Positions 29,897 through 39,250 of a stretch of 64,000 bases of DNA are shown piece by piece (positions within the stretch are counted from its first letter, which is position 1; every line of letters begins with the position of its first letter). A model generated the notes under the pieces. It was not told where the DNA came from, did no database searches, and worked only from the letters and a program-made list of their open reading frames with translations. Position numbers and translations under genes: made by a program. The stretch lies in contig CALRGR010000001.1 in the NCBI GenBank assembly GCA_943357985.1, forward strand, positions 14,731 through 78,730, given 5' to 3'. The stretch comes from Candidatus Levybacteria bacterium GW2011_GWA1_37_16 (GTDB lineage: Bacteria > Patescibacteriota > Microgenomatia > Levybacterales > UBA12049).

Positions 29897-30534
29897 ATGG
29901 TGATGGATCGACTAGATGCTGCAGGAAATCAAGAGCCAGGAACTCAAGTTGAATCAAGAATTGATGTTATAAGGCACCTTTGTCCGCCGAAACTCAGAGA
30001 CTTGTTGAACAATTAAAACAAGAAGGATACGCTATCTATGATCTTGTAGGGAAAACTCCAGTAACTCTAAGAACAGAAGGCATGTCGTTTCGGTATATAA
30101 ATCCAGGTCTTGAGAACGCTTCAACTCTTCCTTCTCTTGTTGCATTTAGACCTAATCCTTCAGAGTTTTTCCTAAAAGGAAGTCAGGGGATTCCGTACGA
30201 GGCACAGCTTAATCTTCTTAAAAAAGAACAAGAAAGAGTTGAAAAACAATATCCTGGCGCCAGCCTTGTTGCTAGAGTTGGTAAGCCTTCCGAATGGGCT
30301 GAAGTGGCTTATGAACATTTTAAAGCAACCGATGGAAGGGTACGTATTTTTGGAAGAGACTATGTATATATTTCGACTTGGACAGACGCTTATGAATCTG
30401 ACGAACCGGGCGCCGACCGTGCCGCTGTAGGAAATTGGCACGAGACTGATGGTTTGCATGTCAATTTCGCTCTTCCCGACGGCGTCCATCCGCGCTTGGG
30501 GTTGGCTTCTCTGGTAGAAATTCCCAGGAAATAG
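29897..30534 (+). pseudogene. Hypothetical protein with CLec/DGR-variable-region-like C-terminus; frameshift near 29965-29980
   Basis: Promoter TTGACA (29858)-17-TAGTAT; the ATG 29897 frame stops after 39 codons, while the long frame (29965-30534) has no ATG start; GC-rich 3' end. Confidence 0.55.
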
Positions 30535-30628
30535 GAAATTATTTTTTTGAGATTTTTGTCTTCTTGATTATTAGCTTTTCCGAAAATCATACCTGGCTTG
30601 ATGAGGCTTTTTATAGTATGATATCCGT

Positions 30629-32722
30629 ATGGCAAGAAGGCATTACAGAAAAAGAAAATTCAAGTTAAAGCTTAAGAATGAAACAATCTATTCAATTTTT
30701 TCTTTTGGACTTATACTTGCCGGAATAATGCTTGGGATTTCTTTTAGCAGAAGTGCTGGATCATTAACCACAGTAAATGATATTTTAAAAAGTTATTTTG
30801 GGACAGCAGCTTATCTTTTTCCACTGGTTTTAATTTTATTTGGGTTTTTATTCTTGCGCCTTAAATTGTTTCTTTCACGCCCACATGTTGTTCTAGGATT
30901 TATAATAGTCTTTGTAGCAGTAGATGGTCTATTGAAGGGTGGAATTTTAGGCAACTATCTTTTTCAAAATCTTTCAGATGTTTTAACAGATATTGGAGCA
31001 TATCTAGTTTTCTTGGTTGGAATTTTTGTTGGGATAATTGTCCTTTTTAATACATCGGTTGATGAATTAGTTGCTTTTGGGGTAGCAGTTGGGGGTGTAG
31101 TGCAAAGGCTTCTTCCGAGAAAGATTCTTTCCTTTTTTAAGACTAAAAATGAGCCTTTTCTTGGCAATAAATCTTTGATGATAAAAGGAGACAAAAATTT
31201 TGCAACCGGTATGTCATCAGCACCTCCAATTGTTAAGAAGCAGCCAAATCTTATCTCAGATAGATTAGTGGTAAATACGTTGGCGGCAGACGGAATATGG
31301 GAATATCCACCTTTAGATCTTCTTTCTGAGGAATCACAGAAAGCAAATAGAGGAGATATTAAAAAGACAGCAGCAACAATTGAAAAGGCACTTGAAAGTT
31401 TTGGAATTGGTGCGCGTGTTGCAGAAGTAAATTTAGGTCCTGCTGTTACTCAATATGCATTAGAAATTGCTCAAGGTACAAAAGTTTCAAAAATTACATC
31501 TTTGGCAAATGATTTGGCTCTTGTTACGGAGGCTCCAACGGGTCAGATTAGGATTGAGGCCCCTATTCCGGGAAGAAATTTAGTGGGAATAGAAATTCCG
31601 AATAGATCACTTGAAATTGTTCCCCTTAAGACAATGCTTGCGTCAGACATTATGAGAAAAAGTAAGTCAAAGCTTACAGTTTCTCTGGGTCTTGATGTTT
31701 CAGGTAGTCCTGTAGTTGCGGATATTGCGAAAATGCCTCATGTTTTGGTTGCGGGAACAACAGGTTCCGGTAAGTCTGTGCTTATTAATTCGTTTATCTC
31801 AACTCTTCTTTTTAGAGCATCGCCCTCTGAAGTAAAACTTATTATGATAGATCCAAAAAGAGTTGAGCTTACCGGATATAACGGAATACCGCATCTTATG
31901 ACACCGGTTATTGTTGAAGTTGAAAAAATACTAGCCTCGCTTAAGTGGGCAATGGATGAAATGGATAGACGCTATAAAACTTTTGCAGAAAGGGGAGTGA
32001 AAAATATTGATTCTTATAATGAACTTGCGGGTTTTCAGGCACTTCCTTATATTGTTATTTTTATCGATGAACTTGCAGACCTTATGTCATTTGCCCCTGT
32101 TGATGTTGAAGACGCAATTGCACGCCTAGCTCAAATGGCAAGAGCAACAGGTATTCATCTTGTTGTTTCAACGCAGAGGCCTTCTGTTGATGTTATAACA
32201 GGGCTTATAAAAGCAAATGTTCCGTGCCGTATTGCTTTTAACGTTTCTTCAATGATTGACTCAAGGGTTATCCTAGATACTCCAGGTGCCGAAAAACTTC
32301 TAGGTCGTGGAGATATGCTTTATGTCCCGCCGGATCAGGCAAAACCTTCAAGAATTCAGGGTGCATTTATATCTGATAAAGAAGTTAAAAGGCTTGTTGA
32401 TTTTCTTAAATCAAAAAATCCGCCTGTTGAGTACACTGAAGAAATTACGTCTATGCCTTTAGTTCTTAAAAAAGGAATGGTGGGTACATCACCCGGTGGG
32501 AATGACCCACTTTTTGATGAAGCAATTCGTGTAGTTTGTCAATATGACAGAGCATCCGCATCACTTCTTCAGCGTAAATTATCAATTGGCTATTCAAGAG
32601 CTGCCAGAATTTTGGACCAGCTTGAATCAGTAGGACTTGTTGGGCATGCTGAAGGTTCAAAACCAAGAGATGTGCTCTCCGGCAATGCTGAAGAATTTAT
32701 AAATAGCCTACATGAGCAATAG
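30629..32722 (+). CDS. ftsK: DNA translocase FtsK
   Basis: N-terminal TMs, PHVLVAGTTGSGKS, IDELADLM, TQRPSVDVITG, gamma domain SASLLQRKLSIGYSRAAR. Confidence 0.97.
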   Translation: MARRHYRKRKFKLKLKNETIYSIFSFGLILAGIMLGISFSRSAGSLTTVNDILKSYFGTAAYLFPLVLILFGFLFLRLKLFLSRPHVVLGFIIVFVAVDGLLKGGILGNYLFQNLSDVLTDIGAYLVFLVGIFVGIIVLFNTSVDELVAFGVAVGGVVQRLLPRKILSFFKTKNEPFLGNKSLMIKGDKNFATGMSSAPPIVKKQPNLISDRLVVNTLAADGIWEYPPLDLLSEESQKANRGDIKKTAATIEKALESFGIGARVAEVNLGPAVTQYALEIAQGTKVSKITSLANDLALVTEAPTGQIRIEAPIPGRNLVGIEIPNRSLEIVPLKTMLASDIMRKSKSKLTVSLGLDVSGSPVVADIAKMPHVLVAGTTGSGKSVLINSFISTLLFRASPSEVKLIMIDPKRVELTGYNGIPHLMTPVIVEVEKILASLKWAMDEMDRRYKTFAERGVKNIDSYNELAGFQALPYIVIFIDELADLMSFAPVDVEDAIARLAQMARATGIHLVVSTQRPSVDVITGLIKANVPCRIAFNVSSMIDSRVILDTPGAEKLLGRGDMLYVPPDQAKPSRIQGAFISDKEVKRLVDFLKSKNPPVEYTEEITSMPLVLKKGMVGTSPGGNDPLFDEAIRVVCQYDRASASLLQRKLSIGYSRAARILDQLESVGLVGHAEGSKPRDVLSGNAEEFINSLHEQ

Positions 32723-32736
32723 TTTCAACTTATTTT

Positions 32737-33369
32737 ATGTTAAAAGCAGGAGAAAGACTCAAGGAGCAAAGATTGGCAAAGGGAATAACTTTAGAAGAAG
32801 CTTCCCTAGCGACAAAAATCCGTTTCTCATTTTTGTCTCACATTGAAAAAAGTGAATATGGAAAACTTCCTTCAGCTGCTTACGCTACGGGATTTGTTAG
32901 GAATTACGCAGATTATTTAGGATTACCGGAAAAAGAAATACTGGCGCTATTTAGGCGTGAATTTGATGAAAATAAAACATATAAAGTTTTACCACAGGGG
33001 ATGCCCAGGAAAGAAGACTTTCCTCTAAGAAGGCTTAAGCTCAAACAAGCTGTTATTTTAGGAGTTTTATTTTTTGCGGTCTTAGCCTTTTACATCCTGT
33101 TTCAATACCGTTTTGCATTTTTAGGTCCAACTCTAGATGTAGCAAGTCCCAAGGATAAGGCAGTAGTTTCCTCTTCAAATGTTTTAGTATCAGGCAAGAC
33201 GTCTCCTGAGTCTACGATTTTTGTAAATGATAATCCCGTTGCAGTAACAGGCAATGGATCTTTTAAGAAGGAGATAAATGTTTTTCCCGGAGATAATAAA
33301 ATCACTATTCGCTCAATTAACAGATTTGGCCGTGAAACTGTGGTTACAAGAGATGTAAAGGCGGAGTGA
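32737..33369 (+). CDS. RodZ-like HTH membrane protein with C-terminal Ig-like domain
   Basis: GERLKEQRLAKGITLEE...GFVRNYADYLGL HTH, one TM, beta-rich C-terminus; follows ftsK. Confidence 0.8.
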   Translation: MLKAGERLKEQRLAKGITLEEASLATKIRFSFLSHIEKSEYGKLPSAAYATGFVRNYADYLGLPEKEILALFRREFDENKTYKVLPQGMPRKEDFPLRRLKLKQAVILGVLFFAVLAFYILFQYRFAFLGPTLDVASPKDKAVVSSSNVLVSGKTSPESTIFVNDNPVAVTGNGSFKKEINVFPGDNKITIRSINRFGRETVVTRDVKAE

Positions 33370-33422
33370 GTATGTTTGATAATGTTGACACTCTCCTCTT
33401 GGGATGTTAATGTATTAATACT

Positions 33423-33689
33423 ATGGATCCTGCCCAGGTAGCACTATTTTTAGTAATAATAGCTTTGACCATCCTCCTTTTGGTTTTAGGTATTCAGGTC
33501 TTTTTTATTCTTAAAGACCTTAGGCAAACAATTGCCAAAACAAACAAAGTTTTAGATGAGGCAGGACTAATTACAGAAAGTGTTTCAGCCCCCTTATCAA
33601 GCATATCCGCTTTAGCAATGGGACTTAAAACAGGAGCATCTCTTGCAGGCTTTTTTAAAGGAAATTCTAATAAAAAACATCATGAATGA
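33423..33689 (+). CDS. DUF948/YtxG-like small membrane protein
   Basis: N-terminal TM plus coiled coil, paired with the YtxH-like gene; promoter TTGACA (33385)-17-TAATGT. Confidence 0.65.
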   Translation: MDPAQVALFLVIIALTILLLVLGIQVFFILKDLRQTIAKTNKVLDEAGLITESVSAPLSSISALAMGLKTGASLAGFFKGNSNKKHHE

Positions 33690-34032
33690 CAATAGAGGAA
33701 ATGGTTCTTCGGGGTTTATATTGGGTCTTATTATAGGCGGAGCCGCTGTATTTTTATTGGGTACCGATAAGGGAAGGAAGATTTTAAAATCTTTGACCGA
33801 AGAAGGATTTGGGGAATTTTCACAGTTTATAGAAAGAGCCGAAGAAGAGATTGAAGATCAGGATGAGGTTGCAGTTCCTAAAGTTAGAAAAGCAAGAGCC
33901 CGCCTTGACGACGCGAGGCAGGTTATCGAAGAAGAATTTGAAGAGCCTATCAGTAATGGAGTAAAAAGCAACGGCCACACGTATGAGCCTGTTATAAAAA
34001 GAAGATTCTTCCGCCGCACTCCAAAATCCTAA
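33682..34032 (+). CDS. YtxH-like protein
   Basis: GFILGLIIGGAAVFLLGTDKGRK N-terminal signature. Confidence 0.7.
   Translation: MNDNRGNGSSGFILGLIIGGAAVFLLGTDKGRKILKSLTEEGFGEFSQFIERAEEEIEDQDEVAVPKVRKARARLDDARQVIEEEFEEPISNGVKSNGHTYEPVIKRRFFRRTPKS
33899..33922. repeat. Family B palindromic element, in frame (ARLDDARQ)
   Basis: cccgccttgacgacgcgaggcagg, 24 nt. Confidence 0.75.
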
Positions 34033-34992
34033 TTATTTTATATATTTCTTTACGTTTTGGTTATGTTCTTCCAAAGTTTTTGCGTAGTGATTTGCCCCGT
34101 TCTCATCTGATAGGTAGTAAAGGTAGTCTGTTTTTGCAGGATTTAATGTTGCTTCTAGAACTGCGCTTCCCGGATTTGAAATGGGTGATGGCGGAAGTCC
34201 TGCATTTGTATAGGTATTGTATGGTGAGGAAATTTTTAAGTCAGCAAAAGTGAGATTTTTCTTCCACCATGTTTTTTCGCTTGCTTGATATCCTAGGAGA
34301 TATTGAATTGTTGCGTCAATATTAAGAGCCATACCTAAATCAAGCCTGTTTTTAATAACAGATGCAACCATTGGCCTATCGCTTGCAAATCTTGCTTCTC
34401 TTTCAACAAGTGATGCTATTATTACGATTTCATTTGTTGTAAAAATTTTACTTTGTGGTCCATTTAAAGCAGCATATTTATTGTTAAAATTATTTTTCAT
34501 TAGAGTTACAATCTGATCTATAGTTGCTTCTCTTGGAATAAGATATGTATCCGGGAAAAGATATCCCTCATTTGCTGCAAGAGTTGTTCTCCATAAAGAT
34601 TGATAGGTTGGAATACTTTTTTCTAAAATATCCGCAATTTCTGCAGCTCTGTTTCCTTCTGGAACTGTTACCCAAATATCCAGAGTTCCATGAGTCAAAT
34701 TCTGAGCTATATCATATGCACTCATTGAGGGATTTAATCTAAAGTCTCCAGCTTGAACTTTTGTATCAAGCCCTAATTTTCTAGTGAGTAAGAAAAATAC
34801 AATTGGATCGCGAATAAGACCTTTGGTTTTTAAGTCATTTGAAATTTTTCTCATGCCCTCACCCTTATCAATTACAAATATTTGGGCAGTATGGTCTTTG
34901 GAGTTTGCAGGCATAGTTCCATTCTTCCACCATACTATAGAGGCTGCTGTAACAAAAATAAGGAAGACAATTAAAGTTAATATTCTTTTCAT
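34033..34992 (-). CDS. mltG: Endolytic transglycosylase MltG
   Basis: TVPEG, EGYLFPDTY, IASLVEREA, SPYNTYTNAGLPPSPISNPG. Confidence 0.96.
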   Translation of the reverse strand: MKRILTLIVFLIFVTAASIVWWKNGTMPANSKDHTAQIFVIDKGEGMRKISNDLKTKGLIRDPIVFFLLTRKLGLDTKVQAGDFRLNPSMSAYDIAQNLTHGTLDIWVTVPEGNRAAEIADILEKSIPTYQSLWRTTLAANEGYLFPDTYLIPREATIDQIVTLMKNNFNNKYAALNGPQSKIFTTNEIVIIASLVEREARFASDRPMVASVIKNRLDLGMALNIDATIQYLLGYQASEKTWWKKNLTFADLKISSPYNTYTNAGLPPSPISNPGSAVLEATLNPAKTDYLYYLSDENGANHYAKTLEEHNQNVKKYIK

Positions 34993-36281
34993 ATTATGCC
35001 TATTATTTTAAAATTTTCTAAGGCCTTTTTTGTTTCGTTCAAATTATACACGGTTTGACTAAATAATGTATATACCGTTTCTCCTTTTTCAAATTTTTCT
35101 CCAATCTTTTTATTTAGGTAAATTCCTGAGGCCTTTTCTATAGGAGCACCTAGTAATTTTGCTATGATAGTTAGGTTTTTGCCATTGATTTGCTTAACTT
35201 CTCCACGTCCACGAGACTTTACTTCAAAAGAAAATTTTCCCGGTTTTAAATCTCCACTTTTTATTCTTGGATTTCCTCCTTGTGCTTTTATAATTTCCTT
35301 AAGTTTTAAAAGAGCACTACCATCTTGTAGGAGTTTTGTAGCCCACTCAAAACCATTTCCATATTCCTCTTTAATTTCATCTTGTAGTTTCTTTGGAGAA
35401 TCCGTAAGGCAAAGATCTAAAAGGTTGCCTGCCAAATTTAGGCTTCTTGTTTCAAGATCTGCCGCTCTGTTAGGTTTTTGTTCCAATACCATTAATGCTT
35501 CGCGGGTTTCAAGTACCGGACCAATTCCTCGTCCAGCAGGTTCATCTGTTCTGTGAATTAGAACCCTAATTTTTATATGAAACCTTTTTGCTAAATATTC
35601 AAACTTATTTTTTAAAATTTTTGCATCGTCAACGTTATGGACTTTTGCCATTTTTCCGTATGGAACATCAATTACAACATGATTTGACCCAAAGGCAATT
35701 TTTTTTGCCATTATAGAAATCAGTACCTTATCATAACTTTCAAAAAGAAGAGGTCTCTCAATGTTGATAAGAATGTCATCTGCGGGGGCCAGATTAAATT
35801 TTCCTCCCCACACAAGGCAACCGTTGGTTTTTTCAACTACTTCATAAATTTTTTCTTTTGTAAGTTCAACAGGAGCAAGTATTTCCATGTCGTCAGCAGT
35901 TCCTGTTGGGGTAGTTATTGCCCTGGATGAACTTTTGGGAATTTTAAATCCTGCGGCTGCGATAATTGGGACAACTATTAAAGTAGTTCTTGTTCCTGCA
36001 ATTCCGCCAATTGAATGTTTGTCTGCAACTATCCCTTTGAATTCTAGTTTGTCTCCTGTATCAACCATCGCCTTTGTAAGAAAGTAGAGTTCCTGATTAC
36101 TAAACCCTTTTGAATATCCGGAGGCGGCAAAGTAGGTAGTTAAGACATCGCCAAGTCTTTTATTCACTATCTCATCCATTATGGAGTAGACATCTTTATA
36201 ATTTAGTTTTTTTCCAACTAATTTTTTTCTAATTGCGTCTAGAGCTCTTGCTTGAAGTTGTGCTTCGTCAGATGTTGTCAT
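34989..36281 (-). CDS. AMP phosphorylase / thymidine phosphorylase-family protein
   Basis: DKHSIGGIAGTRTT, PKSSSRAITTPTGTADDME, LAPADD, SIMAKK; archaeal AMP-phosphorylase-type motifs; 430 aa. Confidence 0.88.
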   Translation of the reverse strand: MTTSDEAQLQARALDAIRKKLVGKKLNYKDVYSIMDEIVNKRLGDVLTTYFAASGYSKGFSNQELYFLTKAMVDTGDKLEFKGIVADKHSIGGIAGTRTTLIVVPIIAAAGFKIPKSSSRAITTPTGTADDMEILAPVELTKEKIYEVVEKTNGCLVWGGKFNLAPADDILINIERPLLFESYDKVLISIMAKKIAFGSNHVVIDVPYGKMAKVHNVDDAKILKNKFEYLAKRFHIKIRVLIHRTDEPAGRGIGPVLETREALMVLEQKPNRAADLETRSLNLAGNLLDLCLTDSPKKLQDEIKEEYGNGFEWATKLLQDGSALLKLKEIIKAQGGNPRIKSGDLKPGKFSFEVKSRGRGEVKQINGKNLTIIAKLLGAPIEKASGIYLNKKIGEKFEKGETVYTLFSQTVYNLNETKKALENFKIIGII

Positions 36282-37009
36282 TATATTTTTTCAAGCCTTG
36301 CTTTTATAACAAGTCTTTTCCATATTGTCCCGGGCGGAGTACAGGTAATTAAGGTTAAATATGAGTTGTCGTAATTTTGGGTAAACACAGATGTATCATT
36401 GGCATCAACGACGTAGATATTATAAATCTTATATGAATAAGTAACACCACCAACATTGGTAAAAATTTGATCTCCCGTTTTAAGATCCAATACATGTGCA
36501 AAAATTGTTTTGTAATCATTCGGATCATAAAGCTGAGGAAGTGTGGAGTGCCCAAATATTACAGCATTTCCTGCATTTGGTGGAGTTGATGTCCCCATGT
36601 AATTAACTAAATGTTTTGAAAGGTCATAGTCGCTTGTTGAAACCTCTGCATTTTTAATATTGAGGGCAGGAATTGAGAGAGTATAGGATAAAGATTTGCC
36701 GGAGTTTGCTTGAACTCTAAAACCGGGAAACCAGTTTTGGGCATTTGTGTAATCGACTCCGGATATTGAACTTTTTGCCTGCGCAATAAGCATTTGAATA
36801 AGTGCCGGATTAAGAACGTTTTTTCTGGGAATTGGAGCTTCAATGTTTTGAGATGTAAGAGCAGGAGCAGAATAAATTTGCCATAAAATAAGAGGAGAGA
36901 ATATGTATAAGCATACTAAAATACCAATTGTAAAAAGTCCGAGACCAACTCCTTTTATAAATTTTTTTAAATTTATTTTGTTTCTCTTTTTATAGTAGAT
37001 TTTACTCAT
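36281..37009 (-). CDS. Sortase
   Basis: N-terminal TM, GNAVIFGH, LTLITCTPPGTIWKRLVIKA (His-Cys-Arg triad). Confidence 0.93.
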   Translation of the reverse strand: MSKIYYKKRNKINLKKFIKGVGLGLFTIGILVCLYIFSPLILWQIYSAPALTSQNIEAPIPRKNVLNPALIQMLIAQAKSSISGVDYTNAQNWFPGFRVQANSGKSLSYTLSIPALNIKNAEVSTSDYDLSKHLVNYMGTSTPPNAGNAVIFGHSTLPQLYDPNDYKTIFAHVLDLKTGDQIFTNVGGVTYSYKIYNIYVVDANDTSVFTQNYDNSYLTLITCTPPGTIWKRLVIKARLEKI

Positions 37010-39245
37010 TGGAATTAATTGAAAACTTTATTTTTCCTGCTGTAGGAAGAGTTTTTGGGAAAAGGGGGATGTTGGGAGAAATGTTAATATTAGCATTTGA
37101 TATCTGAGAAATATTTGTCAAAATATTTTGAGCAGTTGTAATGTTTTTTCCACTAATTTGTTTTGCAAGATTTGCCTCGTCAATCTTTGGAAGAAGAAAG
37201 CCGGAAATCTCTAAAGTTGTCCCTGCTTCACTACCACTTTTTACTTTAATATTTTTTGCATTTGTTGCTATCCTGCTTTCATCAAAAATGAGACTGTCTT
37301 GGATTTGTAAAATTGTTTTGGCAAAAGAAATTAAGTCACTTTTATTGTAAGTAATGCTTTTATAACTAACGTCTGCTTTTAGAGTTACTTTACTTGTCTC
37401 ATCTCCCTCTTTCTTATCAAAGTCTTTTTTGCCTAGAGTCTCACTTACAAATACAGGAAGAATAACTCTATCCCCCGAAGCCTTTTTTGAAACATCATTT
37501 CTTGCTTTTTCTTCTAAATTTTTAATAAGATCGCTTTCAAGTTTTGCAACATCATCTTTTGAAACAACAGTTATGCTTTTTTTAGTTCCACCCGAAAAAG
37601 GATTATCATTTTTTGCAGCGATTGATGAGTCGCTAAAAGAAAATTTGGTGTTGGACGGCAGGTTATAGTTAGTTCCAATATCCGCTGCCGTAACTGTTAC
37701 ATTTGTTGTACCAGGATTAGTGGGTGAAAATTGGTCTTTAGCAGATGCCGATGCAACTGTTATCGATTTGTCGATTATAAATTTAAGATTATTTGAAGAG
37801 GTGATTGTGCTATTTGCTGGAATATTTATCGAAGATAGATTTTGATTAAAAATAGTTACAGTTCCTTTTGCAGCAGTTCCAATATTTTTTTTTCCAGTTG
37901 CATTCGTTGTCGTACTCCCATTTTCGGTTACATCTACAAACTCGGCCGCAATTATGTTTTTACTGGCATCTGTTGAGGAGCTTGTACTAAAAACTACGTC
38001 TTTTTCCTCGCTTACCTTTTTGCCTTCCAAAGAAAGTGTGACTGTTGCATTTCTGCCAAAGAGATAAACAGAAAGAAGAAGTAAGAAGAGTATTAAAAAA
38101 AGAGCTGGAATAGCAATAAATTTATTTCCTTTTGGAATGGAAATAGATGAAATAATGGGAAGTTTTGAAAAGCTGTTTTTTAGTACTTTAAATAATTTTG
38201 GCAATATACTTATTGCTCCTAAAAGTACTTCGTTTGCGTTTGTAGATAAAGGTTTTCTTTCTTCTATGACTTGTTGTTGGTCGGGTATCTCGTCTATTAT
38301 ATTTGAAACAGCCATATTTTCCTCTACTGCTTCAGTTTTTTGTTGGATGTTTTTTGCAACATCTCTATCTTTGACAAATCCAAAAGGTTCTTCCGGTAAG
38401 TCTTCTGAAATTTCTGTTGATGTTTTTTCAACGGATAGAGACTCCTTGGTATTTTTTTCTGTTATTTTAGAAGTAGTCCCCTTAGGTGTTTCACCTAAAA
38501 TTTGAAATCCCATTTCTGATGCAGCGCCAGATAAAACTGCCTTTGCATCAAATCCTTGTTCAAGATTGCTTATTTGAGGAAGATGTAAAAAAGGTAAAGT
38601 TTTGCTCCATGTATGTCCGATAAATTCCTGAGTTAGATCTTTTTCTCCATTAAAAATGATTACGCGGGATGGAAGTACTTCTACGTCTTCAAAATATTTG
38701 AGGAGTGTATCAACTGTTTGGGTAGTACTTCCTTCAAGCTTTGCGCTTTTTACTTCAATAATTTTTCCGGCCCTAATTAAAGAAACTGAAACGTAGTCTT
38801 TGTCAATTTCTGCCAAAACTGCAGAAACAGGCGCGCCTTCTTCTTTTGCCAGGAAGTGTGCTACGGCTTCCGTAGTAATAAGAAAACCGACTGGTACGAG
38901 TCCAAGCTCCTCGCTTATTTTTTTAAGTTTCCCTAAATATTCTTTTTTAATTTTACTGTCTTCAATCCAATTTTCTTTTAATCCAAAAATTGTTTTTTGG
39001 GTTTCAACATTCCCAGGAAGTACACTTTCTGCTTTTGAAATTGTCTTATCCACTACGTTTAGTAGCTGTTCATCTGTTGCTGTTTCTATGGAATCTTGAA
39101 AATTTTCAGAGGCTTGATTTATAATCTTTACTGTTCCGCCTGATTCTTCAAAAATGACGGCGTTTGCCTTATTGTGTCTTAGCACCAGGACTAAAAAATA
39201 TGAAAGATCTTCTTTTTTTGCGAAAATTTGGAGAGATAGTTTCAT
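37002..39245 (-). CDS. Single-pass membrane protein: cytoplasmic FtsA/PilM-like region, TM, extracellular baseplate-J-like beta region
   Basis: Cytoplasmic N-terminal region of about 250 aa, acidic linker, TM IAIPALFLILFLLLLSVYLF, then AKGTVTIFN...VTVTAADIGTNYNL...FSGGT. Fold assignments are inference. Confidence 0.65.
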   Translation of the reverse strand: MKLSLQIFAKKEDLSYFLVLVLRHNKANAVIFEESGGTVKIINQASENFQDSIETATDEQLLNVVDKTISKAESVLPGNVETQKTIFGLKENWIEDSKIKKEYLGKLKKISEELGLVPVGFLITTEAVAHFLAKEEGAPVSAVLAEIDKDYVSVSLIRAGKIIEVKSAKLEGSTTQTVDTLLKYFEDVEVLPSRVIIFNGEKDLTQEFIGHTWSKTLPFLHLPQISNLEQGFDAKAVLSGAASEMGFQILGETPKGTTSKITEKNTKESLSVEKTSTEISEDLPEEPFGFVKDRDVAKNIQQKTEAVEENMAVSNIIDEIPDQQQVIEERKPLSTNANEVLLGAISILPKLFKVLKNSFSKLPIISSISIPKGNKFIAIPALFLILFLLLLSVYLFGRNATVTLSLEGKKVSEEKDVVFSTSSSTDASKNIIAAEFVDVTENGSTTTNATGKKNIGTAAKGTVTIFNQNLSSINIPANSTITSSNNLKFIIDKSITVASASAKDQFSPTNPGTTNVTVTAADIGTNYNLPSNTKFSFSDSSIAAKNDNPFSGGTKKSITVVSKDDVAKLESDLIKNLEEKARNDVSKKASGDRVILPVFVSETLGKKDFDKKEGDETSKVTLKADVSYKSITYNKSDLISFAKTILQIQDSLIFDESRIATNAKNIKVKSGSEAGTTLEISGFLLPKIDEANLAKQISGKNITTAQNILTNISQISNANINISPNIPLFPKTLPTAGKIKFSINSNE

Positions 39246-39250
39246 ATAAC

